From: an uncultured Ectothiorhodospiraceae bacterium
GTDB lineage: Bacteria > Pseudomonadota > Gammaproteobacteria > UBA9214
Direction of reading: 5' to 3'
DNA length: 64,000 nucleotides
Assembly (NCBI GenBank): GCA_964564245.1
Contig: CAZMAK010000004.1
Location: 831 to 64,830, forward strand
The translations under genes were made by a program, and so were the position numbers. Below are positions 60,745 to 64,000 of the stretch, piece by piece. The notes below the pieces were generated by a model. That model searched no databases and was not told where the DNA came from. It worked only from the letters and a program-made list of their open reading frames with translations. Numbering within the stretch: the first letter of the stretch is position 1; each line of letters opens with the position of its first letter.

Positions 60745-61640
60745 TGGATACCCGATTGCTGCTGGTGCCGGCCGGATTGCTGCTGCTGGTTGGCCTGAGT
60801 TCGGTTTTCGTGGTCGACGAGCGCGAGGTCGCGATCCGTTTCCAGCTGGGTGAAATCGTGGATTCCACCTATGCCCCGGGCCTGCACTGGAAGGCACCCT
60901 GGCCGGTCAACAACGTGCGCAAGTTCGACAAGCGCGTGCTGACGCTGGATACACGCCCGGAGCGGTTCCTGACCCGCGAGAAGAAGAATGTCTCGGTGAA
61001 TTTCTTCATCAAGTGGAAGATTTCCGATCCGGCGCTCTACTATACCTCGTTCATGGGTGATGAACGCCAGGCCAGCCTGCGGCTGATGCAGATTATCAAG
61101 AACGGCCTGCAGCTGGAATTCGACAAACGCACCATCACCCAGGTGGTTTCCGGCGAGCGGCAGGAGATGATGGAAAACCTGACGGAATACGGTAACAGCG
61201 AGGTCAAGCAGTTCGGCATCCGGATCATCGACGTCCGCATCAAGCAGATCGAGCTGCCGGATGACGTGCGCAACTCGGTATACCAGCGCATGAACTCGGA
61301 ACGCGAACGTATCGCCAAGGAGCACCGCGCGCAGGGCGAGGAGGCGGCCAAGGGCATCCGTGCGGTCGCGGAAAAGCAGCGTACCGTGATCCTGGCGGAG
61401 GCCACCCGCGATGCCGACATCACCCGCGGTGAAGGGGACGCGAAGGCCACCGATATCTACGGCAAGGCGTACAGCAAGAACGCGGAGTTCTATGATTTCT
61501 ATCGCAGCATGAATGCCTATCGTTCCGCCCTGTCCAGCCAGCACGACATTCTGGTACTCGAGCCGGATTCGGAGTTCTTCCGCTACTTCAGCAACGTGAG
61601 CGGCAAGCTGCCGGACAGCAAGCAAAAGGACGGCAAATAG
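60744..61640 (+). CDS. hflC: FtsH protease modulator HflC
   Basis: SPFH/band-7 domain. TAATG overlap with hflK. Confidence 0.9.
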   Translation: MDTRLLLVPAGLLLLVGLSSVFVVDEREVAIRFQLGEIVDSTYAPGLHWKAPWPVNNVRKFDKRVLTLDTRPERFLTREKKNVSVNFFIKWKISDPALYYTSFMGDERQASLRLMQIIKNGLQLEFDKRTITQVVSGERQEMMENLTEYGNSEVKQFGIRIIDVRIKQIELPDDVRNSVYQRMNSERERIAKEHRAQGEEAAKGIRAVAEKQRTVILAEATRDADITRGEGDAKATDIYGKAYSKNAEFYDFYRSMNAYRSALSSQHDILVLEPDSEFFRYFSNVSGKLPDSKQKDGK

Positions 61641-61701
61641 CCGTCATGGCAGGCAGGGAGGCGACCACCAGCCCGGCAACGGGTTCGGGAATACCTGACC
61701 G

Positions 61702-61896
61702 ATGCACCTGATGTGGTCGGACCTGCTGGCGGCGCTGGCACTGGTGCTGGTGATCGAGGGGATGGTCCCGTTTCTCAATCCGCAGTCGCTGCGGCGCATG
61801 ATCGAGACACTGGGACAACTGGATGACCGTTCCCTGCGGATTGCCGGGCTGGTCAGCATGGTCTGCGGGCTGATCATGCTCTATATCGTACGTTAG
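61702..61896 (+). CDS. DUF2065 (YjeT-like) small membrane protein
   Basis: 64 aa with two TM helices. Conserved position after hflC. Confidence 0.75.
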   Translation: MHLMWSDLLAALALVLVIEGMVPFLNPQSLRRMIETLGQLDDRSLRIAGLVSMVCGLIMLYIVR

Positions 61897-61916
61897 CCTC
61901 AGCAGCAGGAACCGAA

Positions 61917-63101
61917 ATGAGCAGCAAGGACCAATGGCTGTTACCGGAGGGTATCGAGGAGCTCCTGCCACCCGAGGCCTGGCGGCTGGAGCACGCACGC
62001 CGCGCATTGCTGGATCTGTATGCCCGCTGGGGTTACCAGCTGGTGATGCCACCGTTTATCGAGTTCCTGGAATCCCTGCTGACCGGCACCGGCAACGACC
62101 TCGACCTGCAGACCTTCAAGGTAACCGACCAGCTGAGCGGGCGCATGCTGGGTATCCGCGCGGACATGACGCCACAGGCGGCACGTATCGACGCCCATCC
62201 CCTGCATCGCGACGCCCCCAATCGCCTGTGCTACATGGGTACCGTGCTGCATACCCGCAATGACGGGTTCGGCGGTTCCCGCAATCCGCTGCAGGTCGGC
62301 GCGGAGCTGTTCGGCCACGCCGGTATCGAAAGTGATGTGGAGATCCTCTCGCTGGTACTGGAAACCCTGGCGCTGATGGAGATCCGGGACGTGCATGTCA
62401 ATCTCGGACACGTCGGCATCTTCCGCGGGCTGGCCCGTGATGCCGCCCTGTCCGTGACGCAGGAAAACGAACTGTTCGATGCACTGCAGCGCAAGGCCGA
62501 GACCGAAATCGACGAGCTGCTCGATGCGGCCGACATCGGCGACGGCCAGCGCGACCGGCTGGCCGTGCTGGCCGGGCTGAACGGCGGCTGGGACGTGCTG
62601 TACCGGGCGCGCGAGGCGCTCGACGGCGCCGGCGCCGGGGTGTTGCAGGCACTGGAGAACCTGCGTGCCATCGCCGAACGCCTGCAGCAGCGCGTGAGTG
62701 ATATCCAGCTGGATTTCGACCTGGCCGAACTGCGCGGTTACCGCTACCAGACCGGCATGGTGTTTGCGGTGTTCGTGCCCGGCAGCGGCCGGGAGATCGC
62801 GCGTGGCGGGCGCTACGACGCGGTCGGCGAGGTGTTCGGCCGGGCCCGCCCGGCGACCGGCTTCAGTACCGACCTGCACACCCTCATGGACCTCAGCGGG
62901 CGTGACTTCGGGGGGCAATCCGATGCAATATTCGCCCCCGCGCTGGACGACGCCGCGCTGAACGAGCGGGTCGGCGAGTTGCGCGAACAGGGTGAGACCG
63001 TCGTCTGCGGCCTGCCGGGTCAGGCCGGCGGGGCTGAAGAATCCGGTTGTGCCCGTGTCCTGGTCAGGGAGGCCGGTGACTGGGTGCTCAGGCCGGTCTG
63101 A
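61917..63101 (+). CDS. hisZ: ATP phosphoribosyltransferase regulatory subunit HisZ
   Basis: HisRS-like catalytic core without an anticodon-binding domain (WLLPEGIEELLP...). Conserved position before purA. Confidence 0.85.
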   Translation: MSSKDQWLLPEGIEELLPPEAWRLEHARRALLDLYARWGYQLVMPPFIEFLESLLTGTGNDLDLQTFKVTDQLSGRMLGIRADMTPQAARIDAHPLHRDAPNRLCYMGTVLHTRNDGFGGSRNPLQVGAELFGHAGIESDVEILSLVLETLALMEIRDVHVNLGHVGIFRGLARDAALSVTQENELFDALQRKAETEIDELLDAADIGDGQRDRLAVLAGLNGGWDVLYRAREALDGAGAGVLQALENLRAIAERLQQRVSDIQLDFDLAELRGYRYQTGMVFAVFVPGSGREIARGGRYDAVGEVFGRARPATGFSTDLHTLMDLSGRDFGGQSDAIFAPALDDAALNERVGELREQGETVVCGLPGQAGGAEESGCARVLVREAGDWVLRPV

Positions 63102-63203
63102 CACAGCCGTTCATGGTGTGTGCTGCAGGGCACGGGGGGATCCGTCCGGTGTGTCGCAGGGATCCGCACGCACGGGGCGGGTGATGCGGATGTGCGTGGT
63201 TGA

Positions 63204-64000
<797 letters not shown>

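Overview
High-GC, densely coding core chromosome of a gammaproteobacterium. All calls come from reading the ORF translations and the DNA by eye; no database search was run. Gene order follows well-known E. coli/Pseudomonas blocks: tamAB; dnaX-ybaB-recR preceded by the SRP RNA gene; rsgA/orn; iscR-iscS-iscA-hscBA-fdx-iscX, then ndk-rlmN-pilW-rodZ-hisS-yfgM-bamB-der; lpoA-yraN-dolP/rsmI; and queG/nnr-tsaE-amiB-mutL-miaA-hfq-hflXKC-hisZ-purA. I found no transposase, integrase, CRISPR array, tRNA/rRNA gene or recognisable defence system. The interest lies in departures from that conserved order. (1) A malyl-CoA lyase plus malate thiokinase module (mcl-mtkAB) sits between iscX and ndk, closed by a 68-nt near-perfect hairpin, with glcDEF about 6 kb upstream. 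(2) The isc operon has no iscU even though hscBA is present. (3) rodZ is truncated and ispG is absent between rodZ and hisS. (4) Divergent from oxyR lies a locus with an HTH-only OxyR-like mini-protein, a di-haem cytochrome c peroxidase, a Tat-exported metallophosphoesterase and a monohaem cytochrome c, preceded by a good OxyR-type operator. (5) A gene-poor stretch of about 1 kb between the MscK-like channel gene and ffs contains palindromes and a possible structured RNA. (6) Four helically phased CACGGAA heptamers lie inside a 10-bp inverted repeat between recR and hinT. None of these is demonstrably a new system from sequence alone, and all functional interpretations are inference. Many long ORFs antisense to real genes are high-GC shadow ORFs and were rejected.
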